Positions 9,845 through 19,311 of a DNA stretch of 64,000 bases are shown here, piece after piece. Position 1 is the first letter of the stretch, and every line of letters begins with the position of its first letter. This stretch comes from Xanthobacteraceae bacterium (GTDB lineage Bacteria; Pseudomonadota; Alphaproteobacteria; Rhizobiales; Xanthobacteraceae). Location of the stretch: positions 4,230 to 68,229 of the forward strand of contig DATBJU010000091.1 in assembly GCA_036556265.1 (NCBI GenBank). The letters are read 5' to 3'. The position numbers and the translations under genes are program-made. The notes under the pieces were generated by a model. That model saw only the letters and a program-made list of their open reading frames with translations. It was not told the DNA's origin and made no database searches.

Positions 9845-10576
9845 CTAGGTCACGCAAGGAGCCGTCGAAATGCGCGCCTCGATCAATCGCTGATCGATTT
9901 CGTCCGGCGCATCGGTTGCGCGAGTCGCGTTTTCGGCAGCTTCCGCAACCTTCTGAAAGCGTTCGGCGGGCATCCCATAGGCGACAAGTTCGTAGCGCAG
10001 TCCGCCGACCCGCCAGCTCCGCCGTTCGGTGCCGCCTGGCGCATGCTCCGACCGGGAAGCAGTACTTACCCACAATTCCAGGCGGCACCCGCGGGGTCCG
10101 ACATAGGTGGCGACGAGCGATTGCGCGCCCGAGGCGGTCCTCACGACGGTGCGCGCGAGTTGCAGGCCGGCCGGTGAGAGATCGGGAATCACCGGATCAC
10201 CTGCGAACGTCGCCGAAACAAGTTGCGCCTGTGGCGCCTCGGTCCACCGGCCATCCGATCCAAACGGCAACAGACCGGCGAACAGCGCGGCGGCTGCAAG
10301 CACAAAAACCGCCGATGCAGCGGCCCCCACCATCGCCCACCGCCGCCGCACATTCGTCCGTGAAGACTCGATCGATGACCCCTCGATCGACGGGACCTCG
10401 AAATCCTCGGCAATTTCCGCAACGCCCGCCTTGAGTTTGGTCAGAGTCGCGTACGCGCGCGCAAAATCGCGGTCGCTCCGCACACGCGCCGCCACAGCCG
10501 CGTGTTCGGCCGGACTCAACTCGCCGTCGACCAACGCATTGAGCAGAATTTCGTCTGATTTAATGTCAGTTGCCAT
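9845..10576 (-). CDS. Anti-sigma factor (single-pass membrane)
   Basis: 243 aa. The N-terminal helix LLNALVDGELSPAEHAAVAARV is typical of ECF anti-sigma domains. One TM (WAMVGAAASAVFVLAAAALFAGLL) and a ~130-aa extracytoplasmic domain. Overlaps the sigma gene by 11 nt. Confidence 0.75.
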   Translation of the reverse strand: MATDIKSDEILLNALVDGELSPAEHAAVAARVRSDRDFARAYATLTKLKAGVAEIAEDFEVPSIEGSSIESSRTNVRRRWAMVGAAASAVFVLAAAALFAGLLPFGSDGRWTEAPQAQLVSATFAGDPVIPDLSPAGLQLARTVVRTASGAQSLVATYVGPRGCRLELWVSTASRSEHAPGGTERRSWRVGGLRYELVAYGMPAERFQKVAEAAENATRATDAPDEIDQRLIEARISTAPCVT

Positions 10577-11093
10577 GGCTTGATTTCAGGGGGCGGAGGC
10601 TGCTCGATTCGATGATCTGTAGCAATGCGGATCGCGCCCGTGCGATGCGACTCATAACGGTACCGACGGGAATGCCCAATAGGCTTGCCGTCTCGGCGTA
10701 GCTGAAGCCGGCAATGTCGATCAGCCCAATGATCTCGCGGTGCGCCGGGGCGATGGCGGCCAGCCCCTGTTCCACCGTGATCTTCGCGATACAGGCGTCG
10801 TCAAAGCGCCAAACATCGAGTGGCGTGGACGGCAATTCACACTTCCGCGGCGACCGTGCTCGAAGCTCATCGAGCGCGGCGTTGCGCACAATGCGAAAGA
10901 CCCAGGCGCGATAGGCCGGAGCGTCGGTAGGTACGTTGCGTGCGGCAAGTGCCCGCGCCGCCGCCTCCTGCACCAGATCGCGCGCATCATCGGCATTGCC
11001 CATCATGGTCCGGGCGAACGCCGCCAAACGAGGCAGTAGAGTCGGCAGATCCTTGTGTGACTTGCGGGACACGGCTCCCCTCGATTCGGTCAC
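10566..11093 (-). CDS. ECF (sigma-70 family) RNA polymerase sigma factor
   Basis: 175 aa with region 2 (DLVQEAAARAL...YRAWVFRIVRNAALDELR) and region 4 HTH (FSYAETASLLGIPVGTVMSRIARAR). The start at 11093 is GTG and the exact start is uncertain. Confidence 0.88.
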   Translation of the reverse strand: MTESRGAVSRKSHKDLPTLLPRLAAFARTMMGNADDARDLVQEAAARALAARNVPTDAPAYRAWVFRIVRNAALDELRARSPRKCELPSTPLDVWRFDDACIAKITVEQGLAAIAPAHREIIGLIDIAGFSYAETASLLGIPVGTVMSRIARARSALLQIIESSSLRPLKSSHGN

Positions 11094-11181
11094 CCGGCGC
11101 GCGTAGGTTATTAACTATCCGGCACACCGCGGTTGCTGACAATAGGATGCCTTGTTCGATGGGCAGCGTCGCTTTCCCCGG

Positions 11182-11207
11182 AACCGAATCCCGAATAAGA
11201 TTGTTCA
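11182..11207 (-). promoter_or_regulatory. Candidate autoregulatory ECF-type promoter upstream of the sigma gene
   Basis: Minus strand reads TGAAC-AATCTTATTCGGGATT-CGGTT (-35 at 11207-11203, 16-nt spacer, -10 at 11186-11182). It shares GAAY+AATCTT with the motif upstream of the sorA-like gene. Confidence 0.3.
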
Positions 11208-11225
11208 ACAGCATTCGAGGTCATC

Positions 11226-11498
11226 ATGCTCTTTCGGCTGGTCAGTTTCGGCGCCCTTGTTGCGGGTCTTCTCATGATCAGTTTCCCCGCGGACGCTCAA
11301 GATCGTCCGCGCACCCGCATAACCATTCAGAAGCGCAGCTACCTCGATGCCGGCACCGTCGTGAAGCCGGGAACGATGCACTACCACGACTATATTTTCG
11401 CCGGCCAGCAATCGCGCCTGCCCATCTACGGGCCATATGCGGACGGTGACATCCAGGGCACGCGCTGGCCGCTGCTGCGGATGTTCGAAGGCTATTAG
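11226..11498 (+). CDS. Small secreted hypothetical protein (90 aa)
   Basis: ATG preceded by GAGG. Sec signal peptide [24 protein letters not shown]|QD. The stop overlaps the leuB stop by 4 nt (convergent). Confidence 0.55.
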   Translation: MLFRLVSFGALVAGLLMISFPADAQDRPRTRITIQKRSYLDAGTVVKPGTMHYHDYIFAGQQSRLPIYGPYADGDIQGTRWPLLRMFEGY

Positions 11499-12607
11499 GC
11501 CGCGAGACCGTCAAGCTCAGCGACGATCGCCTCGCCCATTTCGCTCGTCCCAACTGTTTTCGCGCCCTCGCTCGCGAGGTCGGCGGTGCGCAAGCCCTTT
11601 TCCAGCACACCGGCAATTGCCTGCTCGATCATGTCGGCGGCCTCGGTGAGCCCGAAGCTGTAGCGCAACGCCATGCCGAGCGAGCCGATCATCGCGATCG
11701 GATTGGCGATCCCTTTACCCGCGATATCGGGCGCCGAGCCGTGCACCGGTTCATAGAGCGCACGACGCTTCTTCGTCTTCGCGTCGACCTCGCCTAGTGA
11801 AGCCGACGGCAGCATGCCGAGCGAACCGGTCAGCATCGCGGCCACGTCCGAGAGCATGTCGCCGAACAAATTGTCGGTGACGATCACATCGAACTGTTTC
11901 GGATTGCGCACGAGCTGCATGCCGCCGGCATCGGCGAGCTGATGCTCGAGCTGCACGTCCTTGTACTCGCGCTCATGCACCTGTCCGACTACCTCGTGCC
12001 ACAGCACGCCGGTCTTCATCACGTTTCTCTTTTCCATCGAAGTGACCTTGTTCCGCCGCTTTCTCGCGAGCTCGAAGGCCACGCGTGCAATCCGCTCAAT
12101 CTCGTGGGTGTCGTAAACTTGGGTGTCGATCGCGCGCTTCTGTCCGTTGCCGAGATCGGTGATCGTTTTCGGCTCACCGAAATAGACCCCGCCCGTGAGC
12201 TCACGGATGATCATGATGTCGAGCCCGTCGACGAGCTCGCGCTTCAGGCTCGATGCGTCGGCGAGCGCCGGATAGCAGATCGCGGGCCGCAGGTTGGCGA
12301 ACAACGCGAGATCCTTGCGCAGCCGCAGCAGTCCGGCCTCGGGCCGCACGTCATAGGGCACCTTATCCCACTTCGGGCCGCCGACTGCGCCGAATAGCAC
12401 CGCGTCCGCTGCAAGCGCCTTGTCCATCGCGGCTTCGGAGATCGCTTTGCCGTGCGCCTCGTAGGCGCAACCGCCGACTAAATCTTCTTCGATCGTGAAT
12501 TTCGCCACACCGTTCTTCTCAAGCCAGGCGATCACGCCCTTCGCTTGCGCCATTACCTCCGGCCCGATGCCGTCTCCCGGCAACAGCAGCAGCCTGTAAG
12601 TGGCCAT
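11495..12607 (-). CDS. leuB: 3-isopropylmalate dehydrogenase
   Basis: 370 aa with a typical LeuB N-terminus ([13 protein letters not shown]) and NLFGDMLSD. Confidence 0.95.
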   Translation of the reverse strand: MATYRLLLLPGDGIGPEVMAQAKGVIAWLEKNGVAKFTIEEDLVGGCAYEAHGKAISEAAMDKALAADAVLFGAVGGPKWDKVPYDVRPEAGLLRLRKDLALFANLRPAICYPALADASSLKRELVDGLDIMIIRELTGGVYFGEPKTITDLGNGQKRAIDTQVYDTHEIERIARVAFELARKRRNKVTSMEKRNVMKTGVLWHEVVGQVHEREYKDVQLEHQLADAGGMQLVRNPKQFDVIVTDNLFGDMLSDVAAMLTGSLGMLPSASLGEVDAKTKKRRALYEPVHGSAPDIAGKGIANPIAMIGSLGMALRYSFGLTEAADMIEQAIAGVLEKGLRTADLASEGAKTVGTSEMGEAIVAELDGLAA

Positions 12608-12610
12608 GGC

Positions 12611-13216
12611 TTACAGCCAAGGGCGCACTTGCGCCGCCTCCCGTTCGAAGCTGTCGATCTTCGCGCCCTTCTCCATCGTGAGCCCGATGTCGTCGAGCCC
12701 ATTGAGCAGGCAGTGCTTGCGGAACGGATCGATGTCGAACCGGTTCATGCCGCCGTCGGGCCCACGAATTTCCTGTTTCTCAAGGTCGATCGTGAGCGTC
12801 GCATTCGCGCCGCGTTCGGCGTCGTCGAACAGCTTCGCCAAGTCCTCCGGACTAACCTTCACCGGTAAAATGCCGTTCTTGAAGCAGTTGTTGTAGAAGA
12901 TGTCCGCGAACGAAGTGGAAATCACGCAGCGAATGCCGAAGTCGAGCAAGGCCCACGGTGCATGCTCGCGCGAGGAGCCGCACCCGAAATTGTCGCCGGC
13001 GACCAGAATCTTCGCCTGCCGGTACGCGGGCTTGTTCAGGACGAAATCGGGGTTCTCCTTGCCGTCGTCCCGGTAGCGCATCTCGGAAAACAAACCCTTG
13101 CCGAGACCGGTGCGCTTGATCGTCTTCAAATACTGCTTCGGGATGATCATGTCGGTGTCGACATTGATCATCTTCAGCGGCGCCGCGACGCCGGTAAGCG
13201 TCGTGAACTTTTCCAT
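12611..13216 (-). CDS. leuD: 3-isopropylmalate dehydratase small subunit
   Basis: 201 aa starting [14 protein letters not shown], with [13 protein letters not shown]. The 415-aa track ORF is an artefactual 5' extension. An alternative ATG lies at 13228. Confidence 0.93.
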   Translation of the reverse strand: MEKFTTLTGVAAPLKMINVDTDMIIPKQYLKTIKRTGLGKGLFSEMRYRDDGKENPDFVLNKPAYRQAKILVAGDNFGCGSSREHAPWALLDFGIRCVISTSFADIFYNNCFKNGILPVKVSPEDLAKLFDDAERGANATLTIDLEKQEIRGPDGGMNRFDIDPFRKHCLLNGLDDIGLTMEKGAKIDSFEREAAQVRPWL

Positions 13217-13350
13217 GTGCGAACTCATCCTTGCCGGTGCTTGTTCTAGCGACCAAGAGGACAGAATCAAAGCCCTCGGAAGCGCCCGTACAGGCGCTCC
13301 GAGAGCTCGCAGTTCGTCCGTTCGTGGGCGCCGCGCGCCCGACGGCGATC

Positions 13351-13845
13351 CTAGCGCTTGCGGCGCGCCGGCGCCTCCGCTCCACCACTGGTCGCGCGGA
13401 AATATGGCTGGTTTCTGAGCTTCAGGAGCAGCACCGGCCACAGGATAATCGCCGCGCCGATCACGACCGACCAGATGATCGTGTTCTGCGGCAGGCTGCT
13501 GCTCGCATAGGCGTAATAGCCGACCGGGTAGAACAGGACGATGCCCGTGATGATGCCCGGCGAGAATTTGCCGCCCGAGATGATCATCGGCAGCAGATGG
13601 AAGAAGGTGACGTTGATCACCAGGAACGCCGCATAGGCGAGCGCGAGCATCGGCAATGCAGGCGCTAGCATCGCGGCGATCGCGCCGAGGATCAACAGCA
13701 CGACCTCGATAGTCGTATAGGCATCCCATTCCATCGGAAGGTTCATCGTCTTCCGCGCCCATCCGTGCCAGCCGAGGATATGTTCCTCGAGGATGTGCAA
13801 CGCGTACGCACCAACCGCGAGCCAAGCTAGAACGGTGAGTGACAT
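13351..13845 (-). CDS. HXXEE domain-containing membrane protein
   Basis: 164 aa, polytopic membrane protein with an N-terminal HILEEH motif. Confidence 0.65.
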   Translation of the reverse strand: MSLTVLAWLAVGAYALHILEEHILGWHGWARKTMNLPMEWDAYTTIEVVLLILGAIAAMLAPALPMLALAYAAFLVINVTFFHLLPMIISGGKFSPGIITGIVLFYPVGYYAYASSSLPQNTIIWSVVIGAAIILWPVLLLKLRNQPYFRATSGGAEAPARRKR

Positions 13846-13919
13846 GGCGTTCCCCCAAATGTCAGTCCGAACGCACAGAATCAGACGCGCGGGAAGCTAT
13901 CACGCCCGATTCGGTGGTA

Positions 13920-14369
13920 CTAGCGCGCTTCCTCGCCCCGTGACTCCTCCGCCGCCGCCTCGATCCGCTCCATATCTTCGTCGGACAGCCCGAAATGGTG
14001 GCCGATCTCGTGAACGAGAACGTGCGTAATGATCGCGCCCAGTGACTCGTTGTGCTCCGCCCAGTAGTCGAGCATGGGGCGTCGGTAAAGGTGAACCGAA
14101 TTTGGCAGACGGCCGGTCTCCGGCGTAGCGCCGCCCTGCGACATGCCGATGCCGGTGAACAGTCCGAGGATGTCGAACGGGCTTTCCAGCTCCATGTCCG
14201 CGATCACGTCCTCATCCGGAAAGTCCACGACTAGAATCACCACCCCGTCGCACAGTTTGCGGAAGCTTTCCGGCAGGCCGGCGTAGGCCGCCGCCGCCAT
14301 CACCTCGAAGTCCTCGAGCGAAGGCGCGATCGAATCGCGCCAGCCGCCCCCGTCTCCGGCTCCGCTCAC
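13920..14369 (-). CDS. Zinicin-like metallopeptidase family protein (DUF1025-type)
   Basis: 149 aa, acidic, with a C-terminal HEIGHHFG zinc motif. GTG start at 14369. Confidence 0.7.
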   Translation of the reverse strand: MSGAGDGGGWRDSIAPSLEDFEVMAAAAYAGLPESFRKLCDGVVILVVDFPDEDVIADMELESPFDILGLFTGIGMSQGGATPETGRLPNSVHLYRRPMLDYWAEHNESLGAIITHVLVHEIGHHFGLSDEDMERIEAAAEESRGEEAR

Positions 14370-14590
14370 AGCCCAAAACTCCGCGTCGCCATTTGCGAAA
14401 TTCTAGAGAACAGGACGCCGGGTCGAAAGGGCAAATGAACGCCCGATGAACGGCGGGATCAGACGATATTCACCACGCTTCAGAAAAACTGGCCGCAATC
14501 GACCAACGCGGGCGCGCGCCACGTAACCGCACGACCAAGTGCCGGAACGCGAAGCGCCGGCCCGCGTTTAGAGGAACGAGGAGAAACGCC

Positions 14591-14899
14591 ATGCTCAAAC
14601 GAATCTTGATACCAGTCGCCGGCGCGTTCGCGCTCGCGATCTACGCCTTCGCCCCGCAACCCGCGTCGGCCGCGAGCTTGGGTAGCGGCGCGGCTGCCGC
14701 GCAGGCCGCAGAAGCTGATCTATCGAACGTAGTGGATGTACACAGACGATATTACCGCCGTTACGCATGGGGCGCCCCGTTCGCGGTGGCTCCTTACGCC
14801 TACTACGGCGCCTATGGTGGTCCGAGCTGGCACTATCGCTACTTCGGCCCGCACAAGCGCCGTTGCGGCTACACCTACTGGGGCTACACTTGCTGGTGA
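14591..14899 (+). CDS. Small secreted aromatic/basic-rich hypothetical protein (102 aa)
   Basis: Strong RBS (GAGGAACGAGGAG) and a signal peptide ending PASA|AS. The mature C-terminal half is extremely Tyr/Trp/Arg/Gly-rich and ends CGYTYWGYTCW. Followed by a terminator. Confidence 0.6.
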   Translation: MLKRILIPVAGAFALAIYAFAPQPASAASLGSGAAAAQAAEADLSNVVDVHRRYYRRYAWGAPFAVAPYAYYGAYGGPSWHYRYFGPHKRRCGYTYWGYTCW

Positions 14900-14924
14900 G
14901 CTCAAAAGGTCTGATCGAAACAAG

Positions 14925-14962
14925 ACGGGCGCGCTCGCTGCGCGCCCGTTCTCATTTGTTTG
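14925..14962. terminator. Bidirectional intrinsic terminator between the small ORF and leuC
   Basis: 10-bp GC stem ACGGGCGCGC/GCGCGCCCGT with loop TCGCT. Followed by TCTCATTTGTTTG on the plus strand and CTTGTTTCG on the minus strand. Confidence 0.7.
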
Positions 14963-14975
14963 CGCCCAATCGAAG

Positions 14976-16388
14976 TCAGACCCGCGGCCACTCGCGCACG
15001 TCGACGAAATGTCCGGCGATCGCCGCTGCCGCCGCCATTGCCGGCGACACAAGATGGGTGCGCCCCTTGTAGCCCTGCCGTCCTTCGAAATTGCGGTTCG
15101 AGGTAGACGCGCAGCGCTCCCCCGGCGCGAGCTTGTCCGGATTCATCGCGAGGCACATGGAGCAGCCTGGCTCGCGCCAGTCGAAGCCCGCCGCCTTGAA
15201 GATCTTGTCAAGGCCTTCGGCTTCCGCCTGCTGCTTCACAAGACCCGACCCGGGCACGATCATCGCATTCACCCTCGCGTCCACCTTGTGGCCGTTCACG
15301 ATCTTGGCCACTACGCGCAGATCTTCGATGCGCGCATTCGTGCACGAGCCGATGAATACGCGGTCGAGCTTGATGTCGGTGATCTTCTCGCCGCCCCTCA
15401 ACCCCATATATTCGAGTGAGCGTTCCGCCGCGGCGCGCTTGTTCTCGTTCGTGATCTCCGACGGTACCGGTACACGGCCCGTCACCGACACCACCTGTTC
15501 GGGACTCGTACCCCAACTCACGATCGGCGGCAGCTTGGCGCCGTCGAGCTTCACTTCCGCGTCGAAGACGGCGCCGTCATCGCTTCGCAACGTCTCCCAG
15601 TAGCGCATCGCCTGATCCCAGGCAGCGCCCTTCGGCGCCTTCGGCCGATCTTTCAGATAGGCGAATGCTTTTTCGTCAGGCGCCACCATACCGGCGCGTG
15701 CGCCGCCCTCGATCGACATGTTGCAGACGGTCATGCGCCCTTCCATCGAGAGCGCGCGGATCGCATCGCCCGCATACTCGATCACGTGGCCCGTACCGCC
15801 GGCCGTGCCGATCTCGCCGATGATGGAAAGGATGATGTCCTTCGCGCCCACGCCGTCCGGCAGCTTGCCGTCCACCGTGACGCGCATGTTCTTCGCTTTC
15901 TTCTGGATCAGCGTCTGCGTCGCGAGCACGTGCTCGACTTCCGAGGTGCCGATGCCGTGCGCGAGTGCGCCGAACGCGCCGTGCGTCGATGTGTGGCTGT
16001 CGCCGCACACGATGGTCGTGCCCGGTAGCGTGAACCCCTGTTCCGGGCCGATCACGTGAACGATCCCCTGCCGACGATCGTGCTCGTTGAAATATTCGAT
16101 GCCGAAGTCGCGCGCGTTCTCCGCGAGCGTCGCGATCTGCGCCGCGGATTCCGGATCGGGATTGGGCTTCGAGCGGTCCGACGTCGGCACGTTGTGGTCT
16201 ACGACCGCGAGCGTCTTCCCCGGCGCACGCACTTTGCGGCCGGCAAGACGCAGCCCTTCAAAGGCTTGCGGGCTCGTCACTTCATGGACGAGATGCCGGT
16301 CGACATAGATGAGGCACGTGCCGTCCGGCTGCTGATCGACCAAATGGTCGTCCCAGATCTTGTCGTACAGCGTGCGTGGTTTTGCCAT
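14976..16388 (-). CDS. leuC: 3-isopropylmalate dehydratase large subunit
   Basis: 470 aa starting [15 protein letters not shown], with aconitase-family Fe-S ligand contexts ([22 protein letters not shown]). ATG at 16386-16388. Confidence 0.95.
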   Translation of the reverse strand: MAKPRTLYDKIWDDHLVDQQPDGTCLIYVDRHLVHEVTSPQAFEGLRLAGRKVRAPGKTLAVVDHNVPTSDRSKPNPDPESAAQIATLAENARDFGIEYFNEHDRRQGIVHVIGPEQGFTLPGTTIVCGDSHTSTHGAFGALAHGIGTSEVEHVLATQTLIQKKAKNMRVTVDGKLPDGVGAKDIILSIIGEIGTAGGTGHVIEYAGDAIRALSMEGRMTVCNMSIEGGARAGMVAPDEKAFAYLKDRPKAPKGAAWDQAMRYWETLRSDDGAVFDAEVKLDGAKLPPIVSWGTSPEQVVSVTGRVPVPSEITNENKRAAAERSLEYMGLRGGEKITDIKLDRVFIGSCTNARIEDLRVVAKIVNGHKVDARVNAMIVPGSGLVKQQAEAEGLDKIFKAAGFDWREPGCSMCLAMNPDKLAPGERCASTSNRNFEGRQGYKGRTHLVSPAMAAAAAIAGHFVDVREWPRV

Positions 16389-16459
16389 GGTGGCGGTTCG
16401 CTCTTCTTGACGACTATCTAGTGGTTGCCGGCCCGCGAGAAAAGTGGGGAAGCAACTCG

Positions 16460-17101
16460 CTAGGCGGCATCCCGCCAAATCTTGGCCAGTTCAGTGCTGG
16501 TGCACATGATTGCGTCGCCCATGAAGCGCATGCTCGCCAGCGCCCGCTCAGCCGCCTCCGGCTGTCCGCCGCCGCATGCATCCGACGCCACGATCGGGAT
16601 AAATCCGAGATCGGCGGCTTGGCGGACCGTCGGCTCGATGCCGATTTCTGTGGCAACGCCGCAGATCACGAAGCTCGTCAGCCCGCAATCGCGCAACGCG
16701 ATGCCAAGCGGCGTGCCCTCGAACGCGGACATCGTGATTTTGTCGAAGATCGCCTCGTCGGCGCGGACATCGAGCTCGGGTGCAAGCGCGAAGCCATCGC
16801 TGTCCCGTAGAAACCAGGGGTGCACATCCTCGACAGACTTCTTCTGCCAAACCGTCATTTGACGAAGCTGAAACGCGCCTGATAACCGCTTCGGCAACGA
16901 CATGTGCCGCATGAAGAAAACGCGCACGCCCGCGGCCCGGGCGGCCGCCAGCAATTCCAGCACGCGTGCCAGTACGACATCCCCGTGTCCGAGCTGGCGC
17001 AGAATCCCGACCTGCATGTCGTACACGATGAGCGCGGTCGAATTCGGGTGAGCCGCTTCAGCCAGCGTCTCCGGGATATCGATACCGTAGGCCCGCTTCA
17101 T
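16460..17101 (-). CDS. Isochorismatase-family cysteine hydrolase
   Basis: About 213 aa with ALIVYDMQ and the catalytic Cys context [18 protein letters not shown] at 17099-17101, with an alternative GTG at 17110. Confidence 0.8.
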   Translation of the reverse strand: MKRAYGIDIPETLAEAAHPNSTALIVYDMQVGILRQLGHGDVVLARVLELLAAARAAGVRVFFMRHMSLPKRLSGAFQLRQMTVWQKKSVEDVHPWFLRDSDGFALAPELDVRADEAIFDKITMSAFEGTPLGIALRDCGLTSFVICGVATEIGIEPTVRQAADLGFIPIVASDACGGGQPEAAERALASMRFMGDAIMCTSTELAKIWRDAA

Positions 17102-17139
17102 GAGCCGCACTCCGAGACCGGCTCACGAGTGCCGATCGC

Positions 17140-17559
17140 TCACTTGCTTTCGGCTTCGGCGCCTTCGATCGTCTCGGCAACTTCGCCCATCTCGGCGGTG
17201 AAATCCTGCTTCTCGGAGATGCGCGCCTTCTTCCCGCGACGCGCGCGCAGATAATAGAGCTTCGCGCGGCGCACCTTTCCGCGGCGCAGGACTTCGATCG
17301 AGTCGATCATCGGCGAGTAGAGGGGAAACACGCGCTCGACGCCCTCGCCGTAGGAAATCTTGCGTACGGTGAAGCTCTCGTTGAGCCCCGCACCGGTACG
17401 GCCGATGCAAACGCCCTCGTAGGCCTGGACGCGCGTGCGGTCGCCTTCCACCACCTTGACGTTGACTTGCAACGTGTCGCCCGGCGCAAAGTCCGGAATC
17501 TTCTTGTTCTGCGTGACCCGTGCGATCTCTTCGCGTTCGATCGTTTCGATGATGTTCAT
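17140..17559 (-). CDS. rplS: 50S ribosomal protein L19
   Basis: 139 aa starting [12 protein letters not shown] with a typical L19 core and an acidic C-terminal tail. Confidence 0.95.
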   Translation of the reverse strand: MNIIETIEREEIARVTQNKKIPDFAPGDTLQVNVKVVEGDRTRVQAYEGVCIGRTGAGLNESFTVRKISYGEGVERVFPLYSPMIDSIEVLRRGKVRRAKLYYLRARRGKKARISEKQDFTAEMGEVAETIEGAEAESK

Positions 17560-17644
17560 GGCAACCTCCGCGCCCAAACCGCGCGTCGCGGCTCAACTTT
17601 CCATACGGGATTGGCGCCGCCTATACGACATGCCGAAACACTTG

Positions 17645-18355
17645 TCATTCGCTTTCGAGCGGCCCACCCTTGCGACGCGCCCAAAGGTCGGGCCGTCGCT
17701 CCTTCGTCAGCCGTTCGGCTTCGGAACGCCGCCAAGCCTTAACCTTTGCGTGGTCGCCGGACAAAAGCACATCCGGGATCGGCCGGCCTTCGAATGTCTG
17801 CGGCCGCGTGAACTGCGGGTATTCGAGCAACCCGCCCTCGAAGCTTTCCTCCGCGCCCGATGCTGTCTTCCCCATCACTCCGGGCAACAGGCGGACGCAC
17901 GCGTCGATCAGCGCCTGCGCCGCGATCTCGCCTCCCGAGAGCACGTAGTCGCCGATCGAAACCTCCTCGAGCGATCGCGCCTCGATCACCCGCTGATCCA
18001 CTCCTTCGAAGCGGCCGCACACGAGCACGACCCCAGGCCCTGCGGCGAGCTCGTGCACAAGCATCTGGCTGAGCGGCCTCCCACGCGCCGACAGCAAAAT
18101 CCTCGGGCGCGGATCGCCGGCCTGCGCCGCTGCGTCGATCGCTCGGGCGAGCACGTCCGCGCGCATCACCATGCCTGGTCCGCCACCCGCCGGCGTATCG
18201 TCGACGGAGCGGTGCCTGTCCGTCGCGTGATCGCGGATGTTGATCGCCTCGCACGACCAGATGCCCTCGGCGAGCGCGCGGCCCGCGAGACTCGCGCCGA
18301 GCGCTCCCGGGAACAGCTCCGGGAACAGCGTGAGCACGGTCGCGCGCCAGCTCAT
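17645..18355 (-). CDS. trmD: tRNA (guanine37-N1)-methyltransferase
   Basis: 236 aa with [10 protein letters not shown] and [14 protein letters not shown] at 18353-18355; the longer track ORF is a 5' extension. Confidence 0.93.
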   Translation of the reverse strand: MSWRATVLTLFPELFPGALGASLAGRALAEGIWSCEAINIRDHATDRHRSVDDTPAGGGPGMVMRADVLARAIDAAAQAGDPRPRILLSARGRPLSQMLVHELAAGPGVVLVCGRFEGVDQRVIEARSLEEVSIGDYVLSGGEIAAQALIDACVRLLPGVMGKTASGAEESFEGGLLEYPQFTRPQTFEGRPIPDVLLSGDHAKVKAWRRSEAERLTKERRPDLWARRKGGPLESE

Positions 18356-18359
18356 TGCC

Positions 18360-18875
18360 TTACCCGAGTGCGCCTTCTGGCGGATCGACGACGATACGCT
18401 CGCCTTCCACGTCCACGGTCGGCACGAATTGCTCGACGAACGGGACCATGAAGGTCGTGCCTCCACTGACCGGTCGGATCTCCAGCAAGTCGCCGGCGCC
18501 GAAATTTTGGATCGCGGCAACCGTACCGAGCGGCGCGCCGTCCTTCGTCTCGACGCGCAACCCCACGAGATCAGCCTGATAGAAGGTGTTCGCGTCTTTC
18601 TGTTTCGGCAGTCGCTCCCGTGGCACGAACAACTCGATATCGGTCAGCCGTTCGGCCGCGTTACGGTCCGACACACCGTCGAAGCGCGCAATCAGACGGC
18701 CGTTCGTTTCGCGCAGGTCGACAATCCTGAACTCGCGCGCGCCGCTCTCGTCTTCCAGCGGCCCGAGCTTCTTCACCGCGCGTGGGTCGTCGGCATCGAC
18801 AAAGAGCCTTACCTCGCCGCGAATGCCGTGAGCGGCGCCGATCTTCGCGACGCGAATGCGCTTCGGCGCGGCCAA
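18360..18875 (-). CDS. rimM: 16S rRNA processing protein RimM
   Basis: 171 aa with [10 protein letters not shown]. Lies between rpsP and trmD. TTG start. Confidence 0.9.
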   Translation of the reverse strand: MAAPKRIRVAKIGAAHGIRGEVRLFVDADDPRAVKKLGPLEDESGAREFRIVDLRETNGRLIARFDGVSDRNAAERLTDIELFVPRERLPKQKDANTFYQADLVGLRVETKDGAPLGTVAAIQNFGAGDLLEIRPVSGGTTFMVPFVEQFVPTVDVEGERIVVDPPEGALG

Positions 18876-18883
18876 GATCGCGC

Positions 18884-19291
18884 TCAGCTCGCCGCGGCTT
18901 CGCCCGACGGCGCTTCGGGAGCGGCAGCCGGAGCCGCAGGGGCAGCGGGCGCGGCGACAGGTGCTGCCGCGGCGGCCTCGGCCTGTTTCTTCCGCTCCTC
19001 GCGCGGGATTGCACGCTCGGGATTGTTGCGCGGCGCGCGCTTGCGGATTCCGGCAGCATCGAGGAAACGCAGCACTCGGTCACTCGGCTGTGCGCCCTTG
19101 GAGAGCCAGTGCTTCACGCGCTCCGCATCGAACTTCACGCGCTCCTTCGAATCCTTCGGCAGCATCGGGTTGTACGTGCCGAGGTTCTCAATGAAACGGC
19201 CGTCACGCGGATAGCGCGAGTCGGCGACGACGATGCGGAACTGTGGGCGCTTCTTGGCGCCCACGCGGGCAAGACGGATTTTCAGCGACAT
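18884..19291 (-). CDS. rpsP: 30S ribosomal protein S16 with Ala/Pro-rich C-terminal extension
   Basis: N-terminus [26 protein letters not shown], with the low-complexity tail [23 protein letters not shown]. Confidence 0.95.
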   Translation of the reverse strand: MSLKIRLARVGAKKRPQFRIVVADSRYPRDGRFIENLGTYNPMLPKDSKERVKFDAERVKHWLSKGAQPSDRVLRFLDAAGIRKRAPRNNPERAIPREERKKQAEAAAAAPVAAPAAPAAPAAAPEAPSGEAAAS

Positions 19292-19311
19292 TCTGTTTTC
19301 CTTTCGTTGAG

